Virus record (IMG/VR): IMGVR_UViG_3300045996_002343
Span: 1-53,993 of that record
Source of the DNA: a virus
Lineage: Duplodnaviria > Caudoviricetes
Reading direction: 5' to 3' (one strand)
Length of the DNA: 53,993 nucleotides
The notes below the pieces were generated by a model. That model searched no databases. It was not told the DNA's origin and worked only from the letters and a program-made list of their open reading frames with translations. Shown here in pieces: positions 1 to 10,002 of the stretch; the stretch's first letter is position 1, and each line of letters begins with the position of its first letter. Both the position numbers and the translations under genes were made by a program.

Positions 1-127
1 CCTAAAATCACTCTATATTATTATTTGACGTGACACAACTGATGAACAGAAGTTATGTAGACGGCGAATAATAATATACGAGCTGATTTTACGGTATTAA
101 CTGAGGGTGGGAGAGACTGTACCCGGC
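1..127. repeat. Terminal direct repeat, copy 1 (probable circular-assembly overlap)
   Basis: Identical to 53867-53993; 127 is a common assembler k-mer length. Confidence 0.9.
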
Positions 128-366
128 GTTCTTCGTCTCTCCGTTTCAAAGAAGCACAGAACCTGCTGATAGCTTCATTACTCTACGCTGTCAACAGAAC
201 CCGCGCGAGGATCTCGATTCTACGATTTGCTCAGACCCCCCGGGCCCTTCAAAATTTCAGCGGCTTCCAAAAATTTGCCCCCTTTTCCATAGCCCCCACC
301 CGCCTTTGCAGCAGCATCTCTCTGGAGGAATCAATCTCTCATCAGCCCCCTTGAAGTAATATCAAG

Positions 367-544
367 AATAAATATCTATAAGGTGGTAGGGGGGTGGGGG
401 GAGATTTTTTATTTATATATATACTAGTACTAGGCCTCATTTGTACCACTTCAGTACCACAACTGGTACTATCGAGGCCTGGTACAACTGTATATATAAC
501 ATAAGCTCCTCCCCTATCACCCTATCACCCTAGTTATATTTATT
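367..544. repeat. Long imperfect palindrome A
   Basis: Nested arms: AATAAATAT (367-375) / ATATTTATT (536-544); GTACTAGGCCTC (427-438) / GAGGCCTGGTAC (474-485); AGTACCA (453-459) / TGGTACT (464-470). Confidence 0.75.
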
Positions 545-743
545 ACAGAGTTTATTCTAATAGAGTCCTTATAAATGCTCTGGGGATTCAATGTAGTTTT
601 CTGGTTTTTGGCTAAAGATACCCTTAAGGGGCTACAAAGTAGCAGCTCTAAGGAGGTAAGGGGATCAGATTTTGAAACACCCCCTCTAGCACAGCTGATC
701 CCCCTAACTTCCTATCAATATTTATTCTTGCAGCTCTTTTGAT

Positions 744-856
744 GGAGCCCACCTGGGATGAGAGCCTGATGATTGGTTCTCTCCGATAACCGCCTGGCAA
801 GGTGGTAATAACACGCTTTGATTTCGCTCATGAACGGAGCCCACCAGGGATGAGAG
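744..856 (+). repeat. 21-bp direct repeat pair GGAGCCCACC(T/A)GGGATGAGAG
   Basis: Copies at 744-764 and 836-856, one mismatch. Confidence 0.8.
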
Positions 857-937
857 AGAGCCATTGGTTTCCTGCGAAAAAGCCGCATGTGGTACTTTCT
901 CTAAAGTTGGCCGTGGCTTTTTATGTGGTCCATGGCT

Positions 938-943
938 TATAAT
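938..943 (+). promoter_or_regulatory. Putative -10 element of the late (packaging/structural) operon
   Basis: TATAAT about 20 bp before the ORF at 964, GGAG RBS downstream; no canonical -35 at normal spacing. Confidence 0.4.
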
Positions 944-963
944 ATTATTGGAGAGATCTGATC

Positions 964-1287
964 GTGATTGCTACTATCGACATCGGAGCAAAACCTATGT
1001 TACTAACAGCATCACGGCCTACATCTCAAGGGACCTCCTACAAGCTCACTGGAGTAGTTAGGGCTTCCAATATTTTCTTCTGGGCTGGGGAGCCTCTCAG
1101 GCTTGATCTCTCCAGGGCCACGAAGATCCTGGGAGAAGCTGCAGATGAGATCCTTAGGGCAGCTAATTCGGTGGTGGTTGAAATCATCGCGCAGGAAGGC
1201 TCTACTGGCGAGTCAGCTCTGCAGCTAACAGCTGTTTGGCCTTACCTCCGCAAATCGGCCGCAGGTGTTTACGAGGTGATCATCTAA
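964..1287 (+). CDS. Hypothetical protein
   Basis: GTG start after GGAGAG; its stop overlaps the next ATG (TAATG). Confidence 0.6.
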   Translation: MIATIDIGAKPMLLTASRPTSQGTSYKLTGVVRASNIFFWAGEPLRLDLSRATKILGEAADEILRAANSVVVEIIAQEGSTGESALQLTAVWPYLRKSAAGVYEVII

Positions 1288-1961
1288 TGGACACCGTGCA
1301 GATGCCTCCTCGGCCTCAGAGGAAACCTCGATCTACAGTCACCCGCACCGCTGATGGGCAGCATATCGAAACGGCTGCCCATCTCCAAGCCTTCAAGATC
1401 TGGGTCGACAACGATTTCAACATCATCAAGACCGCCAATGATGTCGGAGTCGCCCATATGGCGATTCGACGTTGGATTCGTTGGTTTAAGTGGGAAGAGA
1501 GAGCTCAGCAACGCAACGAGGCGGTAGCTCAAGAGATCACGACCAATAACGTAGAAGAAGTCACCGAAATGCTCAAGGGGCATTTCGAAGCCGGCTCCCT
1601 CCTGATTGATCGTGGTGCTCGCTACCTTATCGAGAATGGAATCGATAATCCCAAGGATGCTATTCGAGCTATTGAAGTCGGCGTCCGCATGCAGCGACAG
1701 GTCCAAGAACTTCCAGACTGGCTGCAAAAGACTCAAGGGGCCGACACCTCAACACTTCTCAGGGAAGCTTCAAGCCTTCTGGAAGAGTTAGAAAGAATCA
1801 GATCCAATGGTGGAGCAATCGACGTACCAGCCAGCACCTCCTCGCTCAGCGACGACGGGGGAGCAGTTATTGCTGGAGAGATTGTGGGCCATCAAGAAGG
1901 AACTGAATTCACGTGGGATGGAGCTGGACGCGGAGACGCTGCTATCGTCCGAGCAAGTTGA
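1287..1961 (+). CDS. terS: Putative terminase small subunit
   Basis: N-terminal HTH-like segment (KTANDVGVAHMAIRRW..WEER), then helical; immediately upstream of TerL. Start moved to the coupled ATG at 1287. Confidence 0.65.
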   Translation: MDTVQMPPRPQRKPRSTVTRTADGQHIETAAHLQAFKIWVDNDFNIIKTANDVGVAHMAIRRWIRWFKWEERAQQRNEAVAQEITTNNVEEVTEMLKGHFEAGSLLIDRGARYLIENGIDNPKDAIRAIEVGVRMQRQVQELPDWLQKTQGADTSTLLREASSLLEELERIRSNGGAIDVPASTSSLSDDGGAVIAGEIVGHQEGTEFTWDGAGRGDAAIVRAS

Positions 1962-3399
1962 GGACATCGAAGAGAGCGCCTATTCTATTTATAAGGATCG
2001 CCCTCGAGAGTTCATCGAAGAAGTTCTACACGGATCACCATGGTCGAAACAAGTCGAAGTACTGGACAAGCTGAACCGGAAGAACAAGGTTTCCGTGAGG
2101 AGCTGCCACGGAGTGGGGAAGACCTACATCGCTTCGGCAGCGGCAATGTGGTTCCTCTACACCAGACCGAATTCTATAGTCATTACCACAGCTCCAACCG
2201 CCCGACAGGTCAGCGACCTGATTTGGAGACAAATTCGTGAGCACCATTCAGCGAACAGGCTGGCTGGCCGATGCCTTACGACGCGACTCGAACTCGGGAA
2301 TCAATGGTTCGCACAAGGATTCTCTACCGATGATCCCGACAAGTTTCAAGGTTTCCATGCCCCAGACCTTTTGTTATTGGTTGACGAAGCGGCTGGCGTC
2401 GCGCAGGAAATCTTCACTGCTTCGGAGGGCATTCTTACGGCAGCAGGTGCGAAAGTACTTCTTATCGGGAATCCTACTTCTACCTCGGGGAAATTCTTCG
2501 ACTCTCATCACACTTTACGGGGAATCTGGAACCCAGTCCATATATCAGCATTTGATTCGCCAAACCTTACGGGGGAGCGGGTTAGCGATAAGGCCCGGGC
2601 CGCACTTATCACTGCAGAGTGGGTCGAAGAGCGGCGACAGGAATGGGGAGAGGATTCGCCGCTTTATCAAGTTAGAGTCCTAGGAAATTTCCCGGATCAG
2701 GGCGAGAAATCACTGATCGCGCTCTCTTGGTTGGAGGCGGCCAGAGATCGATTCTTTGGGATAGACTTCAAGCATTTGGGGCCGACGCATTGGCGAATGA
2801 TGCAGAAGCATCATGATGCGGGTTGGGCGGTTTCAGGATTCGATATTGCAAGAGGGGGCAACTGCGAGAACGTCATCTATGCCAGGCGGGGGCCCGTGAT
2901 TCTTGGGATGGATGCATGGAGATCTGCGGATCTCATGTATACCGTTGGAAGAGCCCGAGACTTCAACAAACGCTTTGGAGTCAAGGAATGCCGAATCGAC
3001 GAGAACGGAATGGGTGGTGGCGTCCACGATCGAATGAAGGAGCTCGGAGATAACGTTGTCGGGATCCTAACCGGAAAGCCATCATCCTCTCCTGAACTCT
3101 TCGGAATGCTCCGCGACGAGATGTTCTGGAACCTGAAAGAGAGATTCCGAGAAGGAAATATCGGTTGCTTGAGAGATGCAAAAACAGTCGCTCAATTAGC
3201 AACGATTGAATTGGATTACGATTCGAAGTCGCGAGTGCATGTGAGTTCTAAGGAAGACTTCGAGAAAAAAGGGATTCCATCACCAGACCGAGCCGACGCT
3301 TTGTGTCTAGCATTCGCCCCCACAATGGCCTCGAGGGGGAGAGCAGTTGCAGGTGGATATAGGGAACGCGAGAAGTTCCTGAAGTGGAAGCCTCGATAG
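1807..3399 (+). CDS. terL: Terminase large subunit
   Basis: Walker A SCHGVGKT, Walker B LLLVDEA, coupling motif GNP, nuclease acidic motifs GFDIARGG, IDENG and SPDRADAL. Confidence 0.95.
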   Translation: MVEQSTYQPAPPRSATTGEQLLLERLWAIKKELNSRGMELDAETLLSSEQVEDIEESAYSIYKDRPREFIEEVLHGSPWSKQVEVLDKLNRKNKVSVRSCHGVGKTYIASAAAMWFLYTRPNSIVITTAPTARQVSDLIWRQIREHHSANRLAGRCLTTRLELGNQWFAQGFSTDDPDKFQGFHAPDLLLLVDEAAGVAQEIFTASEGILTAAGAKVLLIGNPTSTSGKFFDSHHTLRGIWNPVHISAFDSPNLTGERVSDKARAALITAEWVEERRQEWGEDSPLYQVRVLGNFPDQGEKSLIALSWLEAARDRFFGIDFKHLGPTHWRMMQKHHDAGWAVSGFDIARGGNCENVIYARRGPVILGMDAWRSADLMYTVGRARDFNKRFGVKECRIDENGMGGGVHDRMKELGDNVVGILTGKPSSSPELFGMLRDEMFWNLKERFREGNIGCLRDAKTVAQLATIELDYDSKSRVHVSSKEDFEKKGIPSPDRADALCLAFAPTMASRGRAVAGGYREREKFLKWKPR

Positions 3400-3401
3400 A
3401 T

Positions 3402-3770
3402 ATGGATTTGCACTGGACAGGCACCATCGATATTGGGGCGATACTCACAGTTATAGCAAATGCGGTTGTGGCCCCTGTTCTGGTGCTGATCTGGCGTGGT
3501 ATTGTCTACCTGGTTCGAGAAGTCAAGTGGTGTGTGGGAGAGATTAAAGAAATTCGGGAGTGGCAGGAGCAACATCGAGACTTTGCCGACGAGACGCATT
3601 CCAACGAATTGAGATTGACCCGAATAGAGACAGTCCTGGATTTCATCATTCCCGAGAGTGTTCAGGATGCGCGAATTGCTCAGGTATTCCGAGATTCTAT
3701 TAAGAAGCCGGTGAGTAAAGAAGATGCAGCTAAAGCAGCCAAGCTTACTAGAGAGCAACGACTCTCCTGA
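3402..3770 (+). CDS. Membrane protein, holin/antiholin candidate
   Basis: One N-terminal hydrophobic helix followed by a coiled coil; two genes upstream of the endolysin. Confidence 0.5.
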   Translation: MDLHWTGTIDIGAILTVIANAVVAPVLVLIWRGIVYLVREVKWCVGEIKEIREWQEQHRDFADETHSNELRLTRIETVLDFIIPESVQDARIAQVFRDSIKKPVSKEDAAKAAKLTREQRLS

Positions 3771-4080
3771 ATTGGAAGAATCTGGGGTCCCTTTTTGGGC
3801 CCAGAAGTCTACAGTCAAGAGCATAAAAGCCATTATCATTGGTGCATCAACCATGGTTGCTGGACTTCAAATCGTCCCCAAAGACAAATTCTGGTGGGGT
3901 TTGGCGACTGGAATACTCGGTTTTATCTACATCTGTTACTCTGAAGGAGCGACAATAGCCTCGAGCAAGGCTGCAAAGGTAGCAAGAGTGGAGGCAGCTC
4001 CCGCATTGGCTGCAGTGGTAGTAGCGCAGGAGCAAGGCATCCTTCCCAGCGATGCAGAAGTGAAGAAGGCCACAGAATGA
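3724..4080 (+). CDS. Holin candidate (two TM segments)
   Basis: Hydrophobic stretches AIIIGASTMVAGLQIV and FWWGLATGILGFIYICY; adjacent to the endolysin. Start uncertain. Confidence 0.55.
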   Translation: MQLKQPSLLESNDSPELEESGVPFWAQKSTVKSIKAIIIGASTMVAGLQIVPKDKFWWGLATGILGFIYICYSEGATIASSKAAKVARVEAAPALAAVVVAQEQGILPSDAEVKKATE

Positions 4081-4550
4081 GCTACACGCCACTACAGCAG
4101 CGAACCCTGCAAGTAGCCAAGCGCTGGGTAGGGGAAAGAGAGACCGGAGTCAACCGAGGCAAGAAGGGCGGGATCATCCAAACTGCCCAGCTTTGGTTTG
4201 GCAACTGGATGGTAGGCCAGCCGTGGTGTGCAGCTTTTGCTACCTATTGCATCTTCAAAGCGGCCAAAGAGTTAGGGGTCAAGAATCCCTTCATCAAATC
4301 AGCCTCTTCTTCCGCAATCTATGCCTGGGCTAAGAAGACCGGTCGCCTCCTCAATGGGCCAGAACCTGGATGCATCGGTTTGGTGGTAGCCGGTCGAAAC
4401 GCAGCTAAGGGTAAAAGCCACGAGCATACCTTCCTCGTCCACAACATCGACGGAGATGAGGTGGTAACGATTGAGGGGAACTGGTCGAACAAAGTTCGAT
4501 GGAATCGCCGCAAGAAGGCAGCGGCCAATCTTGATTGGGTAAGGATCTAA
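4077..4550 (+). CDS. CHAP-domain endolysin/amidase
   Basis: PWCAAF catalytic Cys, HT His, and TIEGN motif. Confidence 0.85.
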   Translation: MSYTPLQQRTLQVAKRWVGERETGVNRGKKGGIIQTAQLWFGNWMVGQPWCAAFATYCIFKAAKELGVKNPFIKSASSSAIYAWAKKTGRLLNGPEPGCIGLVVAGRNAAKGKSHEHTFLVHNIDGDEVVTIEGNWSNKVRWNRRKKAAANLDWVRI

Positions 4551-5032
4551 TGGCCGATCAAAACTTCCCCCTATCTCCTACCGGTCAGCCGGCCATGGGA
4601 GCTCTCAATGCCGCTGGCGAGACCACTCCAGTTTCTCCTACTGACCCGATGCCCATTCCCGGGCTCGACACTGAGAATGACCATGTAGCAATCGGAGCGG
4701 ATGCACTGGTCAACGGATTGGCAGTAGATAGGGAAGCTGCTCTGGGATTGACCGTCAACATCGTCAAAGCATCGGAAGGCCGTCTCTACGGCCTCGATGT
4801 GTTCAACGCTGGAGGAGCGGTAGCCTATCTGCAGGTGTTCGATGCACCTTCTGGAGTGGTATTGGGAACTACCATTCCTATGTTGACCATTCCTATTCCA
4901 GCAGGTGCGCCCCTCAACAGGACCTATAACCCACCAATCGAGTGCTTAACCGGAATATCGATGGCCTCAACCGCTGCAGCTGATGGCAGTGGAGCCGCAG
5001 CCGCCGTATTGTGTAACGCTTTGTATCGGTAG
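4550..5032 (+). CDS. Putative virion structural protein (beta-rich)
   Basis: Coupled start (TAATG); Ala/Gly/Thr-rich beta-strand pattern. Confidence 0.5.
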   Translation: MADQNFPLSPTGQPAMGALNAAGETTPVSPTDPMPIPGLDTENDHVAIGADALVNGLAVDREAALGLTVNIVKASEGRLYGLDVFNAGGAVAYLQVFDAPSGVVLGTTIPMLTIPIPAGAPLNRTYNPPIECLTGISMASTAAADGSGAAAAVLCNALYR

Positions 5033-5040
5033 GAACTGAA

Positions 5041-6810
5041 ATGCCAGTAACCAAAGCTCTGAAAACTCCACAATACGTAGCTCCAAGGGTCGCGGCTTCC
5101 TACAGTGCTATTCCCTGCGTTACAGAGTGGTGGCGTCCGAATGTTTCCAACTTCACCGATACCGGTGGAACCACTGTGGCTGGGGACACTGAAGAGATAG
5201 CAAGAGTCAATGGGCAAAAGGGAGCTGGCAACCTTACCCAGGCAAATGCAGGGACTGCTAGGCCGACTTTGAGCCTCGACGCCTTGAATGGTCGAGCAGC
5301 TTGGAAGATGCAGGGAGCTGTAGGGGTTGGAGCTAGCTACCTGATATTCGACTCCTTAATGCCTCTCATCAAGGCTCGCAAACCCTTTGCTTTGTTCATG
5401 ACGGTCAAGATAGCCGTTCTGGGAACTCAGCAAACCTTTGCAAGCTTCGGTAAGCCGAATGCACCAGCCAACGGTACCCCCTATTGGCAGTGGCATGCCA
5501 ATGCATCGGCAGCAGCTGTTCTGACCGCTTTGTGGCGTAACGATGCTAACGTAACGAACACCAAATCAGGTGCCTGGGTCCCTACTCGGATCTGCACAAT
5601 TGGTTACGTCTACGATGGCAGAACCTGCCGCCAGATAATCGACGGAGCCGAGTTTACTGTCCAGCATCTAGACATCGGAGACACCACACTCAACGGTGGC
5701 ACGTTGTTTGCTTGGAGACGGACTGGAGCTCCCGCTGCATTCCTGGGGCAGAACTCACTGGTGGGAGATGTGGTGTTTTGCGCAGGACCGGTAAGTAGGC
5801 AGGACCAGAACCAGATCCTGACCCTGATGGCGGACTATTACAACCTGCCGAGAGTTCAGAATTACCGCAAAACCTACGAAAGCGCTCAGGGTCATCACGC
5901 TTTTCCAGACATAGCCAATTTCCAAGGCTACAGTTACTTCTGCTTCCGGGAATCTGAGGTACACGACGACTATATCGGTCCGACTTCTGGGATCAGGGTG
6001 TTGCGTCGACGATTCGGAGCCAGGCTGTGGGACTCCTTCGCCTTCTTTCCTGCTGATGAATCTTGTGACTACAGAGATCCGCACTGGTTGGAGAGTACAG
6101 ACGATTCCTGGTTGCAGATGCATTCAGTTCTGCGACAGGAAGGACAACCCCACAAGAGCTGCAGCTGGGAGTTGACTGAAGAGGGATGGACAGCTCGAAG
6201 ACTTGAGGGAGAGGATTACCGCTGGATCTTCCGACGGGCCTACAACCCTTACGATCTTCACTACTACGCTGCCTCCTACCGAGTGGGGGGAACCGGAGCT
6301 CTGCAGAGGCTATACAAGGGAGCTACTGCCGGGGATCGGTCGAACTGGGTTACCCATGTTGATGATTTCTTCCCTGATGTGGTCAATCCAACCGAGACTG
6401 GACTGATCTTTCAGGCAGATGGCCGAGCGGTATGCATTGTCAGGAACGAGGTTCCGGGAAACAGCATCGCCACTGCTTATCCTCCTTACCAGGCAGCTGA
6501 TTGGAACTATGTGGAGTGTTCCGCAAGAATGGATGCCCCCTATCTGCTGGATGAGGTCGGCCCAGAGCCCAATCAGCTACTGGTCGCCGGCCGAATGCCC
6601 GCCTCTCCTATGAAGGCCACCTTTGCTTGGATTGATACCGAAACCGGGGTGTTTACGCCGATCGCCGAAGTTCCTAACGCCACAGATGGAGCGTACTTCG
6701 GGATGCGCAAGGTCACTACAGATCCTCGAGCGTATCTGTTCGCCAACTACTCTGCCCACAGTGGGGCTATTCGGACTTATTCCGGAGAGTTGATCCTACC
6801 AAAATCATGA
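5041..6810 (+). CDS. Putative spike/receptor-binding protein: LamG-like N-terminal half plus beta-propeller glycosidase-like C-terminal half
   Basis: C-terminal half has HHAFPD..F.G..Y.CFRE..H and DYRDP, resembling BNR/sialidase-like propellers; N-terminal half looks like a concanavalin-type beta sandwich. Confidence 0.5.
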   Translation: MPVTKALKTPQYVAPRVAASYSAIPCVTEWWRPNVSNFTDTGGTTVAGDTEEIARVNGQKGAGNLTQANAGTARPTLSLDALNGRAAWKMQGAVGVGASYLIFDSLMPLIKARKPFALFMTVKIAVLGTQQTFASFGKPNAPANGTPYWQWHANASAAAVLTALWRNDANVTNTKSGAWVPTRICTIGYVYDGRTCRQIIDGAEFTVQHLDIGDTTLNGGTLFAWRRTGAPAAFLGQNSLVGDVVFCAGPVSRQDQNQILTLMADYYNLPRVQNYRKTYESAQGHHAFPDIANFQGYSYFCFRESEVHDDYIGPTSGIRVLRRRFGARLWDSFAFFPADESCDYRDPHWLESTDDSWLQMHSVLRQEGQPHKSCSWELTEEGWTARRLEGEDYRWIFRRAYNPYDLHYYAASYRVGGTGALQRLYKGATAGDRSNWVTHVDDFFPDVVNPTETGLIFQADGRAVCIVRNEVPGNSIATAYPPYQAADWNYVECSARMDAPYLLDEVGPEPNQLLVAGRMPASPMKATFAWIDTETGVFTPIAEVPNATDGAYFGMRKVTTDPRAYLFANYSAHSGAIRTYSGELILPKS

Positions 6811-7886
6811 TAGCAGCAGTAGCTCCACAAGCTCCCAGATCGACACGGATCAGTGAGATCTGGGACTTCACAACGGCTCGGCATACAGTCAAGATGGCCA
6901 GGCAAATGGTGGCCGACTCGACAAAGCTGCCCCAGATCCCTACCACCGGAGCAGCTAGATGTCTCTTTATAGTCGAGAGGACTGGCGACCTCAGCGAGGT
7001 GTCTCTGGTTGTTGAGGATACACTTGCAGTCAGCCCTACTGACTATGTTACACTGACTTTGACCAATAAGGGAGCTACTGCAACCAGTGTGGTAATGTTG
7101 ACTGCTACAGCTGTCAACTCGACCAACTCAGTTGGGGGCTCCTCACTTACTGGGAAAGTCCGACGCACCTTTTCCATAAGTGCAGGAAACACCACAAGGG
7201 TCTGTGAAGGAGATGTACTGGAAGGGGTACTGACTGTTACAGGCACCTTGGGTGCTGTGATTGACCTTCCCGTGCTGGAAGTCAAGATAGACACCATTGA
7301 CAGGCGCTGCTATCCAAGGGTCGAGAGGGTAGCGGCATTTCCTGCTGTATCGGTAGCTGCTGCAGCGGCCAACGGACAGGCCACGATTGCTCTGTCGAAC
7401 GCCACCGAGGCCATGATGGCTGGAATAGACCTCGGAGATCAGGTGATGGTTCCTGCCAACTCAGGATGGACCTTCAGAGCACGTGGAAGGTTTGCAACCT
7501 TGCCTGGAGCAGCTACAACCTGGTTCCTGGGAATAATCTCTGCCTACACAAACCCAGTTGACTCAGCTACTATCCTGGCCGGATTCAAAATAACCGGAGC
7601 GGGAGGGGTCCTGCAGATCCAAAGCGACGACAACGTTACTCCAAGAGGGCCGACTAACGTTGCTGGTGTGGTAACTGCCGGAACTACTCTGACCGAGTGG
7701 TATATCGACGGCACTGATCCCTCAGCGGTCGCCTTCTACTACGAGGGAGTGCTGCAAGGGACCTTGGATATGTCGGGGCTGGGAAATCAGCGAGTTCAGT
7801 GGGCCGACTACCTCTTCAAGAGTAGCTCCTCTGACGCTCCCAATCATCCGCTGGATTACGTCGAGATGGAGTGGAATAGGGTATAA
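6807..7886 (+). CDS. Putative minor virion protein
   Basis: 359 aa, Thr/Ala/Val-rich beta pattern, coupled to both neighbours. Confidence 0.5.
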   Translation: MIAAVAPQAPRSTRISEIWDFTTARHTVKMARQMVADSTKLPQIPTTGAARCLFIVERTGDLSEVSLVVEDTLAVSPTDYVTLTLTNKGATATSVVMLTATAVNSTNSVGGSSLTGKVRRTFSISAGNTTRVCEGDVLEGVLTVTGTLGAVIDLPVLEVKIDTIDRRCYPRVERVAAFPAVSVAAAAANGQATIALSNATEAMMAGIDLGDQVMVPANSGWTFRARGRFATLPGAATTWFLGIISAYTNPVDSATILAGFKITGAGGVLQIQSDDNVTPRGPTNVAGVVTAGTTLTEWYIDGTDPSAVAFYYEGVLQGTLDMSGLGNQRVQWADYLFKSSSSDAPNHPLDYVEMEWNRV

Positions 7887-8482
7887 TGCCAACCTATCAA
7901 GCATCGATAATCATTCCACTCAGTATCGACAAGGCTGCGTGGACACTTCAGGGACAGTTCGTCGATCCTGCAACTGACGACGATGTGGGTGATCCGGTAA
8001 CAACTGGATTCTCCAACAGGGGTGGAGGCTTCCACCGTTGGTATGGAACAGTCCCTCAAACTGGCCTCCTGGACTTTGAAATCTTCCGTGAAGGTGTACT
8101 GACGGCTCCTGTAGCCATCATGCCGATGCCGGCGACTATCGACAACTATCTCGGAGCGTTGCATGGAACTGGTGTGTGGGGGACCACTGCACCTTCAAGT
8201 GCTGATGTCTGTAAGGTCGAGGGCTACCTTTACGACGGTTCGGGCAATCCAGCAGCCAACAAGGTAATCAAAGCGTCTCTGCTGAACCCTCCTCAACAAA
8301 CAGGAGATGGAGTCCTCACCACCGAGTATATCAAGGCAGCTACAGGACCTGATGGTTACTTCTTCCTGAACATGGCTCGAGAGAAGCTGTACCGGCTCGA
8401 GGTGTTGGAGGCTGGAATCAACCAAATCATTACAGTCCCCAACTCTGCATCTGTTGATTGGCGCACCCTGCTCACTAGCTAA
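7886..8482 (+). CDS. Putative minor virion protein (Ig-like C-terminus)
   Basis: VEGYLYDGSGNP...TGPDGYF pattern typical of Ig-like/carboxypeptidase-regulatory folds. Confidence 0.45.
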   Translation: MPTYQASIIIPLSIDKAAWTLQGQFVDPATDDDVGDPVTTGFSNRGGGFHRWYGTVPQTGLLDFEIFREGVLTAPVAIMPMPATIDNYLGALHGTGVWGTTAPSSADVCKVEGYLYDGSGNPAANKVIKASLLNPPQQTGDGVLTTEYIKAATGPDGYFFLNMAREKLYRLEVLEAGINQIITVPNSASVDWRTLLTS

Positions 8483-8484
8483 TT

Positions 8485-10002
8485 ATGGCAGCACCATCAG
8501 TCCTAGAACAAGAAAATCCGACAGCGGTAGCTACCAAAGTCGGTGGTGATGGGAAGCCTCAAGCGGATCTGAGGAAGGAGTACGTAGCTGGCGGTGCCTA
8601 CATGGTTACCGCCCCCTACCAAACTCTGAACTGGTCGGTCGACGAGCTGGAGCAGGACTTCGGAGATGACATCTACGACCGGATGCGCAACGATCCTCAG
8701 GTCGAGTCGGTCATCGAAATTCTCCGCCTGGCTGTTATTGCGCAAGGCATCTATCTGGTCCCCGCCGCCAAAACGACCGATACGGATTCGGGTGAGAACG
8801 CTGATGGAACGCCGGTCCAAACTGAAGAATCCAGGAAGGCCAAGGAGATCACTACCTTCTGTCGGATTGTTCTGGAAAACCTGGACACCGACTTTATCGC
8901 CAATACAATCTATGATCTCCTGGATGGGGTCATCTACGGCTCGAGGGTGGCAGAGCTGGTCTATCACATCCCAGAGCATGGCCCTTTGAAGGGAAAGATG
9001 GCTCTGAAGGATGTAAAGATCAAGCCCCGCAAGGCAGTAGCGTTTGTGGTGGATCGGTTCATGAACGTGGTTGGGATTCTTGGACGACTTCCAAGCCAAC
9101 CTGCTACCTTCACATTAGGATCAATCGACAAGCTGGACAAGATTCCCAACCTGCTGCCAAGAGAGAAGTTCATCGTCTTCACCTTCAGGCCAGTCAACGA
9201 AGATCCGCGAGGCACCTCGGTAGCCCGCCCTGCATACACTCCTTGGTGGATCAAGATGCAGACGTGGCCAGAATATCTGAAGTTCATTACCCAGTTCGCT
9301 GGCCCATCAATCATCGGCACAACTGCAGAGAATGCAGAGAACACCCCACTCATCGATCCCAGCACGGGTGAGCCGATGGTGGATATCGCTGGAAACATCA
9401 TCTTCACCGAGCCCGAAGATGCCATGAAGGATGCTCTGGAGAACTTCAGGAATGGATCCGTTATCGCGCTTCCTTTCGGGGCCACTGTCAAAACCCTCGA
9501 CGTTCAGCACATTGGATCACCTTTCACCGATGCAATTGAACTCTGCGACAGGCAAATTGCAAAGGCAATCCTTTCCCAGACCCTCGCAACAGAAGAAGGA
9601 CGATATCAAGCAAGGGCGGCTGCACAAACTCATCAAGACGTCCTCGGATTAGTAGTTCAGAACCTGAAGGCAATTATTGCAGCGGTCATCAAAAGCGACT
9701 TGCTGAGAGCTTTGGTCAGCTACAACTTCGGGGCAGATATGATTCATCTGACTCCTGATGTCTCACTCACCCAAACCGAGCAGCACGACTTTGCAGTGAA
9801 CGCTCAAGCGATTGCCGGCCTCTACAAATCGGGATACATCCACTCCAGCCAGATGCCGCAGATCGATTCGATGATCGGACTACCTCCTAGAGATCCAGAT
9901 GCAAAGCCGGATGAGCCAGCTCAAGCACCTGCTGCTCCTCCGAATTCGCAACAACAGAAAGCACCTCCTAATGAGCCAGCAAAAACCGCTCCGACTAATT
10001 GA
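8485..10002 (+). CDS. Portal protein (DUF935/Mu gp29-like)
   Basis: YDRMRND, YGSRVAELVY, PRGTSVARPAY..W, CDRQIAKAILSQTL motifs; directly upstream of the protease. Confidence 0.85.
   Translation: MAAPSVLEQENPTAVATKVGGDGKPQADLRKEYVAGGAYMVTAPYQTLNWSVDELEQDFGDDIYDRMRNDPQVESVIEILRLAVIAQGIYLVPAAKTTDTDSGENADGTPVQTEESRKAKEITTFCRIVLENLDTDFIANTIYDLLDGVIYGSRVAELVYHIPEHGPLKGKMALKDVKIKPRKAVAFVVDRFMNVVGILGRLPSQPATFTLGSIDKLDKIPNLLPREKFIVFTFRPVNEDPRGTSVARPAYTPWWIKMQTWPEYLKFITQFAGPSIIGTTAENAENTPLIDPSTGEPMVDIAGNIIFTEPEDAMKDALENFRNGSVIALPFGATVKTLDVQHIGSPFTDAIELCDRQIAKAILSQTLATEEGRYQARAAAQTHQDVLGLVVQNLKAIIAAVIKSDLLRALVSYNFGADMIHLTPDVSLTQTEQHDFAVNAQAIAGLYKSGYIHSSQMPQIDSMIGLPPRDPDAKPDEPAQAPAAPPNSQQQKAPPNEPAKTAPTN

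Noticed and set aside
242-305. Weak similarity to 52232-52243 (direct) and 52421-52462 (inverted)
   Set aside because: Too short and degenerate to call an invertible segment or ITR; no recombinase seen.
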